Shown piece by piece: positions 36,931 through 48,295 of a DNA stretch of 64,000 nucleotides. The notes under the pieces were generated by a model. The model had not been told where the DNA came from. It worked only from the letters and a program-made list of their open reading frames with translations, and made no database searches. Made by a program: the position numbers and the translations under genes. Every line of letters starts with the position of its first letter. Position 1 is the stretch's first letter. The stretch is from Selaginella moellendorffii (Eukaryota > Plantae > Lycopodiophyta): NCBI RefSeq assembly GCF_000143415.4, contig NW_003314338.1:548218-612217 (forward strand), read 5' to 3'.

Positions 36931-39900
36931 ATGGCCTTCAGGGTTGGGGAAAAGGTTTACATTTTGAATGGTGGGAAGAGAGTTGCAAAAGGGACCCTTG
37001 TGTCTATGGATCGGAACTTTGTTATACACTGTCAAAGGCTTGGGGAAGGCAATGCTGCTGTATCAGTAGAGACTGTCTTCGATGGGAATGTGGTCGCTAT
37101 TGAACGAGGAGAGATGGTCGTCGGGGTAAATGTTGTTGTTGCCTTGAAAAATCTGCAGAAGAAAGTAGATGTTGGGGACAGCGCAAGTGCGACGCATGTT
37201 CCCTCCGTGGATCTTAAGAACCGTGCTACATGGATTCAGGCAAAGGTGTTTCTAAACAACCCCGAGGGGGAGGTGGTAGCTGAGGGCTTAGCCACATTTG
37301 TCGATCCAAGAGATGCGGTTGCTAATCAAGAATTGGGCTGGGATGATATTGGAGTTGCGATTTTAGAGGTTGTTGACACAGAAGAAAACAGTCTGACTAT
37401 TGGAAGCATTGTGCGGTGGAAATTGAGGCATTTAGTGTTTGAGAATGTGAAGGATTCACAATCAAACACCACTACAACTGATGACAGAACATCTCTTCAT
37501 GGGAAAAGAAAGGACACCTTCCTACAGCGCAGCCAAAGGGATCTGAGCAACGAACCGAAAAGGCAGAAAATGGCGATGGAGGTTCGAATGGTCTCGACAG
37601 TTTCTTGTTGCAAGAGGAGGTGCTATCAACATGCTGATTGGGATGCTATTGAAGAGGAGAGAGCAAGATACAAGACATTGTCCTGGAAGGCAGCTCGCAA
37701 TTTTGTCTATGAGGCATTACGGTCATCTGTTGATGCTTCAGAACATCAGGTGGGGGGCATGGTCTTCCAGAGGGGTTTGGTCTGCATGAAGGCATGGAGA
37801 ATCATTTATGGAGTCCCTCGAAGCACATTCTACAGAATCAAAACTGAGTTCGAGGAACAAAGGGTTCAACAGGCAGTCCATGGGAACGACGGTACGCACA
37901 AAACCAGGGGTCATGTTGTATATGGAGAGGCAATCTTCAAGAGGTTTGTCGAGACATGTAGCGAGCAGCAACCACATAAAACCCGCCTCTTGGAAGATGG
38001 AACACGAGACACCCAACGAGTTCTCCCTTCCATGTATACCAAGGGGGCCATATTGGAAGATGTGAATCGGGAACTCCAGAGTAATGGCTACAGGAAGCTG
38101 AGCCAATCTAGATTTAGTAGATTGTGGAGCAACAGGTTCAGGGATGTGAGTATAGGAAAGTACTCCAGCTTTTCAAAGTGTGACGAGTGCACTGCTATCA
38201 AAATGGCTTTGTCGAAGAATTCTTGCAGCGCTCAAGAGCGAGAGACGTTGGTTAGAATGCGGCTCAACCACAACATCGAGCAGAGAAGCTGCAGGACTGC
38301 ATATTATCATAACAGGATTCTCTCCATGGAGAGACTTGACTCTTACCTCTGCATCATCCACGACAAAATGGACCAGAAAAAGACGTGCTTACCTCGACTC
38401 AATCCTGCCCCCAAGGCAATCTCTTCATCCATGCAGCTGCCTGTGTCTCTGTTTGGCATAATCGCTCATGGGCATGGTGCCCAGAACTATGGGAACTTCT
38501 TTGTACCTCTATGGGGTGGCGGGGGTGCAAACATGATGATTGCGTCCCTAGCAAAACACTTAAGGTCTCTGCAAAGTGCGCAGACTGAGCTGAACGGCCA
38601 ACCCTTGCATAAGGCCCTTGTCGATCGAACCCCATACAGGGTTCAGCTGGAGGAGGAGCAAAGGCTTGCAGTATCGCGTGGGGCCCCATGCCATCCCAGT
38701 GAATATGTTGGCCGTCAGATTGTAGGGTTATCATGTGAGGCCTCATGCCATTCCGACGAGGCTGGTCGCCCGGTGAATGCACAGCCTCATCCAAACGAAG
38801 CAAAATCTCAAGGAAGTTCTTGCGGCCGATGTGGCCTTCCACCCCATCTTCTGCTCCAAACAGACAATGCTGGCAATGAGAACAAAAACATGTACGTCTT
38901 CGCGTACTTGGCGATGCTTGTTGCCAAAGGCATATTTGAAACGGTTACACTTGGCTTTCTCATGGTTGGGCACACTCATGAAGACGTCGATGCCATGTTC
39001 AGTCACCTGGCAGAGTCCCTCCGGTGATCCAATGTCCTCACCCTCCCACAACTCTACGATGAATTCCAAAATTGCATCAAAGGCACTGTTGAAGCTGCAC
39101 TTGTGACAGAGGTTCCAGACTTTAAGGGGTTTGTAAGAGGCTATATCAGGGACGGATCCGAAACGCTGATTGGCCACTCCAAGCCTCTTCAGTTTCATTT
39201 CAGCATGCGTGACGGTGCTCCAGTGATGAGGTACAAGATGAGAGAATGGGACACAGTGTGGCTGCCAGTGGATGGCATTGAACTCTTCAAGAGAGATCCC
39301 ATAATTGGGGAACCTATGATTCCTCAGGGTTCCCCACGGCCGATGCACCCGGATGGACTCAAAGACCAGGAAAGTATAGTGGCCGGGATTAGACAGCATA
39401 TTGCCTTCTGGAAGAGGGGGTTGGTGTTTGGTGGAGAATCCTATTTTAAGAGGTGCAAGCCTTTGCTCGAATACTGGGAGAAGATTATATCTGCTATCCA
39501 AAATGGGCCGGTTGTATATGAAGAATTGGAAGAGTCCTTTTGGCCAGAACCCAGAGCACCAGATAGTAGCGGAACAATGTCCTCTGGAAATGCAGTGACA
39601 GATAACGATGTTGAGGATCACTATTGTGGGCCGAGGAACAAGAAGCCGGATTCAGCATTCAATCCAGTACAAGTCTGCAAAGGAATGGTCGTGCTTGTCA
39701 GACCCAGTAATAAAAAACAAATGATATGGGTGGGGCGCTGCATCACTGATGCAGAGGAGGACGCGGAAACTAACTCCTTCAATGTAACTGTGGAGTGGTT
39801 CAAGCCAAGTTCCGGATATACGAAGGATTGCCTAGAAAAGAGATGGGTGCTGAATCCAAGGGATCCCAGCATGAGCATATCGGTGGATAATGTTGTGCAT

Positions 39901-39999
39901 GGTTGGATGCGGAAGCAGAGTGCCACCATCACCTTGCCAGACCATGCAAGAGATGTAGCAAGAGCATTCATAACCCGGGTTCAAGGTGAGATTCATTAA
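36931..39999 (+). CDS. Sola-like DDD/E transposase (1,022 codons) interrupted by one TGA at 39025-39027
   Basis: ORFs 36931-39027 and 39103-39999 are in the same frame with no other stop between them. Motifs VCMKAW..YG, FSKCDEC, IIHDKMDQKKT, LLLQTDNAGNENKN, FLMVGHTHEDVDAMFS and VPDFKGF. Superfamily assignment is from recalled motifs plus the 4-bp TSD. Confidence 0.85.
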
Positions 40000-40664
40000 T
40001 ATTCCTTTACTAAGTTTCTAATGTATTTTATTTTAAGGTGAACAATCCGAATCTGAATCAGAGGAGGCGTGATGGCATGTGGCCCTTTGCACTAGTATAT
40101 CTTAATACCGGTCTGAGAAATAAAATGGCATGTGCCCTCAGGCCTTTTACTAAATCACCTTTGAAAGAAATGCAAGCCTCTATGTCGTAAAAAAAAGGTA
40201 CTAGAGAAATTCCTTAATAATATGAATGTTATTTAGTTTCATGAAAATACACTAAGGGTCAAATGAGTTAAATGACTTCTCCAGACTAGCAATGCCTCTT
40301 GCTACACCTTCACAATTAGATTCGTTAGAAAAAGATAACATTGAATAATATCTAAATGTTCTCACCATTAAGTTATATGTCTGGCTAATAGGAATGACGT
40401 TCATCTTGGAAAGCTCACCACATGCTCAATGAACAAACAAATAGTGTGTGCGTGCATGCCATCGCTCTTCTTTAGCTTCAGATTCGGCTTGTTCACCTTG
40501 ACAATGAGATTTATTATACAACCAGATGGACTCAGTCTGGACACAAAGTCACCGCGCTAGTCACCATGCCCCAGATATGTCTAGCCCCTGGACAAAAAAC
40601 ATATAATTTCACGTCATTTTCAAATACTTGAAAATTTGTACCTAGTCCCATTTTACTGAATAAA

Positions 40665-40688
40665 TCCCACTTTAACGAAATAGAGCTT
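40665..40688 (-). repeat. Right TIR
   Basis: TCCCACTTTAACGAAATAGAGCTT. Confidence 0.97.
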
Positions 40689-42655
40689 AGCTTGCCTAGT
40701 GTTCAACTCCTTCTGTGTGAAAAGATACATAAGTGGTTTGTGATCTGTCAATACCATGAACACTGCACCATAAAGATAATGCCGCCATGTCCACAAAGCA
40801 TGAACAATAGAGAATAACTCTTGCTTATATGTGGAATAGTATTGCTCCGTGGAATTCAAAATTTAACTCTCATATGCAATAGGTTGTCCCTCTTGCATGA
40901 GAACTCCTCCTAGTGCATAACCACTAGCATTGTATGTCACCTCATAAGGTTTTGATGGATCAGCAATGCGAAGCATTGGAGTCTCACTCAACAATCATTT
41001 TAGCGCCACAAAATTCTCCTCTTGTGGCTTTTTCCACTCATATGACACATTCTTGCGTAACAACCACATCAAAGGAATAGCCACCTCTGCAAACTTATAT
41101 TGGAAACGTCAGTAGTAACTAGCTATACCAAAAAAACTGCGCAACTCGGCCACTGTAGTCGGTATAGGTTAGTTTTCCACCACAGCCACCTTCCTTATAT
41201 CTATCTTGACACCTTTAGATGTTACAATATGGCCTAGATATTCCACCTCTGACTTTGCAAATTCACATTTGTTCTTCTTTGCATAAAGTTTGTTGTCTCG
41301 GAGTAACAAAACAACCTTGTGCAAATGCACTTTATGCTCCTCCATATTTTTGCTAAAACAAGAATATCGTCCAAGAAAATCTCCACAAACTCATGAAAAT
41401 AATGCCCAAATACCTTCGTCATCAACCGAGTAAATGTGGCTAGTGCATTCGTCAAATCAAATAGCATAATTGTAAACTCAAAATGTTTGAAGCTTGTGTT
41501 GAATGCCGTCTTGGAGATAGATGTTTCATCCATTGCAATTTGATGATATCCACTCCTCAGATCAATCTTGGTAAACACTCGTGCTTCACCAAGCTTATCT
41601 AGGATATCATCTACACATGGCATTGGCATTTTATCCTTCACTGTCTTCTTGTTCAAAATGCGGTAGTCAATACACATCTGCATTGAACCGTCCTTCTTCA
41701 CAAGCAAGACCGGAGCACCAAACAAAGATTTACTTGGCTGAATAAATCCAAACTCAAGTAATTCTTTGACTTGTCATTGAACTTCTTGCTCCTCTGTATA
41801 ACTTAACTGAAATGGACGTCAGTAAATTGTCTGCGTCCTTAGCTCTAATGTAATCCCATGCTCCACACCTCGTAACGAAGGCAACCCATGAGGAAGTTCA
41901 GATGGAAAAACATCAGAAAACTCATCAAGTACATCCTGTATTACTGCTTCTCCCCCACACGTGCCTTGGTCCCCCAAGTCACAAACAAACAACAAGTAAC
42001 TTGAAAGTGTTTTTCCATTATGACAAGCTCGTTTCAAAGATGTAGCAGAGAGCATAATAACTAGTGGTTGAATGCCATTACCAAACCACACATCTTTAAC
42101 ACCACCATACTCCAGCGAGATACACTTAATACTCCACTTTATCTCTGGATCCATCTTTGCCAACCATGGCATCCCAAGAATGAGACCCACACAATAGATA
42201 TCCGCGAGATAAAAAGTCTCCACAAGTGTGGTTTTGCCAATCAACACTTCCAACCCCTTGACACAAGCATCAAAATTCTGAGCAAAGGTAGTTGCACCTT
42301 CCATTATGTATGGAAGAACTCCTCGTGTATCCAGGCCATGCTCCACAACAAACTTTGCCGAAACAATGTTGTCATCGCTCCCATTATCCAGTAAAATCTG
42401 CACTGGATCGCCATGGAACACGCCCTCTAGCATTAAAGCTGATTCACACATATTCAAAAGTCTATTCCTCTGACCGAAATGGTCGTTCTCGTCATCCTCA
42501 CGCTGCAAAGTTTGCAACTTTTTAGTATCTGACTTACCTGGAGCACTACCACGTCTAGCCTCGAATGCCTCAACATGCATGGTATCCATCATGTCATGCA
42601 TCTTGTCTTGCATCTCTTGCTGATTTCGATTAAGGGCTCGCAGCTTATGAACCAC
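40689..42655 (-). pseudogene. Gypsy pol 5' part: protease, RT and RNase H (broken frames)
   Basis: ILLDNGSDDNIVS and LILGMPWL (protease); MCIDYRILNK, FTKIDLRSGYHQI and FLDDILV (RT); WRHYLYG...TDHKPL (RNase H). Confidence 0.93.
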
Positions 42656-42757
42656 ATCTTGGATCCAAATCTCCGTAGCTTCTTCGACACCATTGTTGGC
42701 ACCACCATTGACAATAGGATTCTAACATTCAGCTTGGTCGGCCATCGCAACCAACTC

Positions 42758-42768
42758 CTCTGATACCA
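42758..42768 (-). other. Primer-binding site (tRNA-iMet type)
   Basis: TGGTATCAGAG on the minus strand, 1 nt from the 5' LTR. Confidence 0.9.
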
Positions 42769-42769
42769 A

Positions 42770-42986
42770 TGTTATGATTCAGCGCAAAAAAACAAAGATC
42801 TAGTCGCCCTAGACTATGCTACGCCACCTCTTGAGGTTCCTCACCACCCAACCACCCCAAAGCTACCTCAAAAGCTCCACCGCGCCGCCACTCCACTGTG
42901 AGCCCTAAGGTAGGGTTTTTGTCCCTTATACCCTTGAGCCTGCCTTTGACCGACATTGACCATATGGTCAAAGCTAGCACCTAACA
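42770..42986 (-). repeat. 5' LTR (217 bp)
   Basis: TG...CA termini, followed by GGTTA TSD. Confidence 0.95.
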
Positions 42987-45384
42987 GGTTATGCCGCAAG
43001 GAGGTCAATAGGATGTAGTGGTTGGACCTCTGAGCCTAAACCCAGTGGCAATGTTGGCGAACATAGCTATGAACAAAGAGGGGCTTAATGAGGACTAAAA
43101 AAGGGATATTGGGAAAGGTTGTTCCCTATGGTTTTGGGTATCCTAAGGATGTTAAGGTGTGGTTTTGGGATGACTGCTTATGGACAGATGCCTTAATCTT
43201 TGAAAAACAGAAATATGGCATACATAGTCTAGGATTACTAATGAGACAAAGGTAAATGGACATAACTTTGGCATAATGGGCTAATATATCAGTAGTACTT
43301 TTAGGGTGTTTATTATAAGCTTAAACATATAGAAGTATTTAAACCAAATGCAAAGACTGGGTGGCATAGATGCCATTCACTAGGCTAGCAAGTCCTTATG
43401 TCAGGAATAAAATTTATGAAGGTTATAAATGAGATTCTCATAAATGGTTAGAAGTGTGGTTAAGTGATTAAAGTAAAATAGAAAAATTAATTGTTTACAA
43501 TTATTCAATATATATGTAATTGTGTTTAATGCCAAGCCTTGATTCATTTTTGAATATTATCATATGTCAATGTCTAACTATATTGTTATAAGCATAAATG
43601 AAGAAGTTCCCAATATGAGACCAAGCTCATTCAAACACTATTAGTCTTTTTTGTTAGAAATATGCTTTAGATTGAGAGGATTTGCAATAGTACATTTTAA
43701 AGTGAGATTTTTATCACTAAGATTTCACTTTTTTTCATGAATAAAAGTTGACTCTTTTTCTAAATGAATAATAAAAGTGATCTCCAAAGAAGTCTAGAAG
43801 CTTGTCATTCATAACTAGTTAATTGAGAATAAAAAATGTAAATACAGATTTAGTGTCTGATATTTTTACATTATTAGTTATTTTTGTTGAGCATTTTGAA
43901 TTGGCATTGTCCATTCAAAAGAAAAGAAGATTGATTTATATCGAACACATTATCTACTTCTATAAGTTTTGTGTAAGATAATTCAGAAAACTAATTTGGG
44001 TATAATTCCATGTATGTGCATGCATGTGTAGAGTTCAAATCATGTGAGTAAAAGTTTATATGGATAATGATGGCAAAATATACTTTGATGAATTTACCTA
44101 AAGATAGCAAATACATAATAAGAGTAATATTTATTGATGGATCAACAATCAAGAAAACTATAAAAGGACATTGGCTTATAATGTCATAATATGATATTAT
44201 TTTATAAGAACAAAATATTACCCTTATGCAAATTTGGGATTGAAGACTTTTATCATACATCTATTAGTGTTCTGAATTTTTTTTATTACTACTCTACTTT
44301 GTATTCCACTCTCAAAATTTTCCCACTTTTCTAGGATTTCCAAACTTGTCATTGATGCAACATTACTAAACACACATATTAGAAGATAATTTAATTATAC
44401 TAATTGATTAAAATACTCAATTTCATGTCTCCAAAGAAAGGGAGTGAGCATCATAATCTAATATTCTAAAAGTTATTTAACTTATAAATATTCTTTGGAA
44501 TCAACCAATTGTATATGCAATAATAAAATTGGCCAATTTTTGAATTTTAACTTTTTATAAAAATAATATTATCTATAATAAATAAATTAAAGAACATGAT
44601 GCCTCCTTTGAGATTTGGCGCCCCAACAATTCAAAACGTTCACAAGTTTTTAAAATTCGCTATTTTAAACAACCTTTTTCCCCCAAAAAACAATTAATGT
44701 TATACAATTTTTAATAAAATCCCTTTTAATGCGTTCACACCGTGGGTAAGTTCGCAAAGCTGCTAGAAAAAAGTAGTGTTGTTTTCCATTGGCGCAAGAG
44801 GGCGCCATCGCCGTGCTCTCTCTCTCTTTCTCTCCATCCCCCTGCATTGTGGCCGCCTGCTGCCCTGGTCCCATTCGATCCATCGCCATCGCGGATCCCC
44901 GCCTCCATTCCCCGCCCCGGCGAGCTTCCTCCTCCGCGGCGCTTCTAGGGTTTTAACAGCGGGCGGGCGCTACGCTAGGGTTCCTGGATTTCCCTCGCTC
45001 GTCTCGCTCGGCGCCACCGCGCTGCTCGATTCCACTCCAGGATTCGAGGGTTTTGGGGAATTCGCGACAGCTCGAGGTGGGTTTTTGATGGTTTTGGTTT
45101 GTTGCTATCTCTCTAGGGCTTACTTGCGTCATGGATGTGTTCGTTATTTTACACTCCAGTCACATACCTATATATCATCCATGACACTTTGTCGTTTGGT
45201 TTTCTTTGCTTTGTTCTTAGCAGAGGTCTTACTTTCTCTTTTCTTTTCTCAGGATTTAAGGAAGCTGGGAAGTTCATGGAAACTCTCTGGTGCTCGGGGC
45301 TGCTGTTTAGAAGAGCCATTCTAATCCAGTAAGTTCGCGTAGATAGATCTAGTTTTCTTAGAGGGAACAGTGAACAGTGGTGGT

Positions 45385-47868
45385 ATGGAGTGTAACAAAG
45401 ATGATGCTCTCAAGGCAGCCGAACTCGCCGAGAAGAAGTATATGCAGCAGGACTTCGTCGCCGCGAGGAAGTTTTGCAACAAGGCCTTGCAGCTCTACCC
45501 GAGCCTGGAGCGTGCCAAGCAGATGCTCGCAGTGGTGGAAGTCCATGCCGCTGCTCATCACTCTCACATCGGGCTCGAGGACTGGTACGCGGTCTTGCAA
45601 GTGGATCCCTGTGCGGACGAGGCGACCATCAGGAAGCAGTACCGGAAGATGGCACTTATGCTCCATCCGGACAAGAATAGGGTGGTCGGAGCGGAGCCGG
45701 CTTTCAAGATTATCAACGAGGCCTGGATGGTTCTCTCGGACAAGAACAAGAAGATCATGTATGACGTGAAGAGGAGCACTCGAATAAAGAAGCCGGAGAA
45801 TGGAAGATATGCTACTGAACAGCCTTCTTGCTCAACTCAGCCAGAGGCTCCTGCGACGACCGCTCCTGCAACTGCTCCAGATCCTCCGCCGTCGCCGCCA
45901 CCGCCTCCTCCGCCTCCTAGTGCGAATACCCAGCAAACTTTTTGGACGCAGTGCCCGAACTGCAAGATTCAGTACCAGTACTACAGGAAGTTTGAGAACT
46001 ACCAGCTGCTTTGTCACCGCTGCCAAACGGGGTTCATCGCCACTGATATCGGAACTCCTCCGGTGGAAACGTCGACGTGGCCTGCGAAGGCAGCGAAGAA
46101 GAAGACCACCAATGGGGCCAATGGAGTTAACGGAGAGAGCAGTGCTTTCCAGCAGATGCAGCAAAGGGCCAGGGAGCGAGAGGAAAAGAGGCGAGAGGAG
46201 GAGAGAAAGAAGGCGGAGAGGGAGAGGGAGCGAGAAGAGAAGAGGAGGCTCAAGGAGGCGTTGAAGAAGGCTAAAGAGGAGGACCGGCGAAGAGAGTTGC
46301 TCGAGAAGCAGCTGACGAAGCTGAGGGAGAAAGAGGAGAAAGAGGCGAGGAAGAAGAATATGGAGGCCCTTAGAAAGAAACTTAAGAAGAGTAGGGTGGA
46401 GGAAGAGGACGATGATGACGACGATGACGACGAAGATGAGGAAAGCGACGAGGCTAGAATCGCTGAGGAGAGTGTACCTCCTGAGATCCTGAGGTTCGGC
46501 TTGCGGAGATCTAACAGAGCCAGGAAGAATGTCACGTATAGAGACGACGACTATGATGACGAAGATGGTGACGGGCACCCGAGTAAGAGAGCCAGGATGG
46601 AAGAGGCGAAGCTCTCTCCGGACCAAGTACTGCTCCGGCAGGAGCTGGCCGTAAAAGGAAGGCAACACGTTTTGGAAGCGCTGAGAGTGATCAGGGAGGT
46701 CGCAGTTAAGAGCAGCTTAGCACCAGAAAGTGCGAAGGCAACCTCAAAAGCAGCGGAGCCTTGTGTGGTGCCACAAAGCATCCCTTCTACGGAGAGTATA
46801 CCGACGAAGAAACCTCCCGAGAATGCAAATGTTGCCGCCAAGACCTCGCCACATCTCCGGCCGTGCGAAAAATCCGAGAACAACGTCTCAGTTACCGAGA
46901 GCGTCTTGCCAGCGAAGGACTTCACGAGCAGTAAGAAGAACTTACTGCCGAAACAAGCTGAGCCTTGTGCTGCCGGAAGCAATCCAAGCTTGCAAGTAAA
47001 AGTCTCGACCGAGGAGGACAAGAAACCAGTTCAAGAGCGGCAACTCCACGAAGAACCACGGCAGATAAATCCGGAGCTACAGCAGCAGCAGCACGAGGAC
47101 GCGCACCGAACTCCAGCAAAGACGATGGAGGCGCAGGAACCGGACTTTGAGCCGGCATCCCCCGAGGACGACAATGTCGAGGAGGAATCTCACTTCCTCG
47201 TCCCGGACCCCGACTTCTACAACTTCGACACGGACAGGAAGGAGAGCTACGTCCGCGAGGGACAAGTGTGGGCTCTGTACGACGACACGGACGGCATGCC
47301 GCGCTTCTACTGCGAGATCAAGCAGCTGGTCTCGCTCAACCCGTTCAAAGTCCGGTTGCGCTGGCTGGAGCGCTACGTGATCTCGGACGAGGCGGACGAG
47401 TGGGAGGCGGCCGGGTTCACGGTGACTTGCGGCCAGTTCAAGTGCAAGAGGAAGACCGAGACGGAGGCTCACTTCAACAAGTTCTCGCACCTGATGCAAG
47501 TGGACAGGATTCATGCCAATGTCGTGAGCGTGTATCCAAAGCAGGGAGAGATCTGGGCCGTGTACAAGGATTGGAGTTTGAAGCTTCGGCCGGACAAAGT
47601 TTCGTATGATATGGTGGAGGTGGTGAGCTCGTATGTGGAGGCGGCGGGGTTGACGGCGGTGTCGCTGATCAAGGTGGAGGGATACAAGACCATCTTTGCC
47701 AGAGGGGCCGGGAGCTTGCGGAGCTTTCGCAGCAAGGACTTGCTGAGGTTCTCGCACAAGGTGCCGGCGCACTGGATGATCGGGACTGAGAAGCTCAATG
47801 CTCCGCACAGCTGCTGGGAGCTCGACACTGCCGCGACGCCATCGCATTTGATCTTCGTTAACAGATGA
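45385..47868 (+). CDS. J-domain (DnaJ) protein with Zn-ribbon, coiled coil and C-terminal DUF3444
   Basis: MECNKDDALKA start, DWYAVLQV...LHPDKN, FWTQCPNC..CHRC, and C-terminal VPDPDFYNFD...GQVWALYDDTDGMPRFY...FSH...WELDTAA. Confidence 0.92.
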   Translation: MECNKDDALKAAELAEKKYMQQDFVAARKFCNKALQLYPSLERAKQMLAVVEVHAAAHHSHIGLEDWYAVLQVDPCADEATIRKQYRKMALMLHPDKNRVVGAEPAFKIINEAWMVLSDKNKKIMYDVKRSTRIKKPENGRYATEQPSCSTQPEAPATTAPATAPDPPPSPPPPPPPPSANTQQTFWTQCPNCKIQYQYYRKFENYQLLCHRCQTGFIATDIGTPPVETSTWPAKAAKKKTTNGANGVNGESSAFQQMQQRAREREEKRREEERKKAEREREREEKRRLKEALKKAKEEDRRRELLEKQLTKLREKEEKEARKKNMEALRKKLKKSRVEEEDDDDDDDDEDEESDEARIAEESVPPEILRFGLRRSNRARKNVTYRDDDYDDEDGDGHPSKRARMEEAKLSPDQVLLRQELAVKGRQHVLEALRVIREVAVKSSLAPESAKATSKAAEPCVVPQSIPSTESIPTKKPPENANVAAKTSPHLRPCEKSENNVSVTESVLPAKDFTSSKKNLLPKQAEPCAAGSNPSLQVKVSTEEDKKPVQERQLHEEPRQINPELQQQQHEDAHRTPAKTMEAQEPDFEPASPEDDNVEEESHFLVPDPDFYNFDTDRKESYVREGQVWALYDDTDGMPRFYCEIKQLVSLNPFKVRLRWLERYVISDEADEWEAAGFTVTCGQFKCKRKTETEAHFNKFSHLMQVDRIHANVVSVYPKQGEIWAVYKDWSLKLRPDKVSYDMVEVVSSYVEAAGLTAVSLIKVEGYKTIFARGAGSLRSFRSKDLLRFSHKVPAHWMIGTEKLNAPHSCWELDTAATPSHLIFVNR

Positions 47869-48295
47869 TAGAGGAGTGGATCTCTTGGAGGAGGGGGACG
47901 AGAGGAGGTTCTTTGCAACACTGTTTTTCTTTTACGTTTCTAAGTTACAGGATTCTATTCTGCAGGGAGTTAAGACAATTTTCAAGCGCTCGAATGGTAA
48001 GCAGCAGTGGGAATTTTTTTTTCTTTCTCATGGATGGATTTTCGTGCTCTTTTTTTCTCAGATGTTATACATTAGCAGCAAGCCTTCAAGAAAACTCTTC
48101 AAGGTCTTGGAGGAGGCCGTATTTATGTCAGTGGGACGACACATTAAACAAAGAAATTTTTTGGGCTTAGAAAGCATTTCACTGATTTAAGCCGAGTATA
48201 ACATCCTTTCTATCACTCCTATCATTTTTTCTTGTAACCATGCAATAATAGAATGTAACCAAAGCTTATATGCACACTACCTTTCACCACGGCGC

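Larger units (their letters stand above)
28383..40462. repeat. Dispersed 22-bp palindrome ATGGCRTGWGGCCWCAYGCCAT, at least 23 copies
   Basis: Copies, some degenerate, start at 28383, 28675, 29752, 29827, 31059, 31250, 31391, 32890, 34167, 34227, 34304, 35008, 35087, 35950, 36022, 36589, 36766, 36836, 38673, 38730, 40072, 40125 and 40441. None noticed outside the TIRs. Confidence 0.92.
28289..40688. mobile_element. 12,400-bp cut-and-paste DNA transposon, Sola-like, carrying a large cargo gene
   Basis: Perfect 24-bp TIRs. Flanks AGTT (28285-28288) and AGCT (40689-40692). Removing the element plus one flank restores the Gypsy RNase H frame ELNTRQAR*MVKLMEF. Confidence 0.93.
26540..42986 (-). 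mobile_element. Ty3/Gypsy LTR retrotransposon (gag-deleted, degenerate), interrupted by a 12.4-kb DNA transposon
   Basis: Paired LTRs, exact 5-bp TSD GGTTA (26535-26539 and 42987-42991), PBS, PPT, and PR-RT-RH-INT order on the minus strand. Confidence 0.95.

Noticed and set aside
28383-40462. 22-bp palindromes as a CRISPR array
   Set aside because: Spacing is irregular (tens of bp to kb), copies are degenerate and lie within genes, no cas genes, eukaryotic context.
28288-40689. TA TSD (Tc1/mariner-like) or 3-bp Harbinger-type TSD
   Set aside because: The TA parse leaves the host RNase H out of frame and TAA/TTA are not direct repeats here; the 4-bp parse restores the frame.
44776-45324. 182-aa ORF upstream of the J-protein gene
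   Set aside because: Non-ATG start; spans the probable promoter, 5'UTR and a T-rich intron; no motifs.
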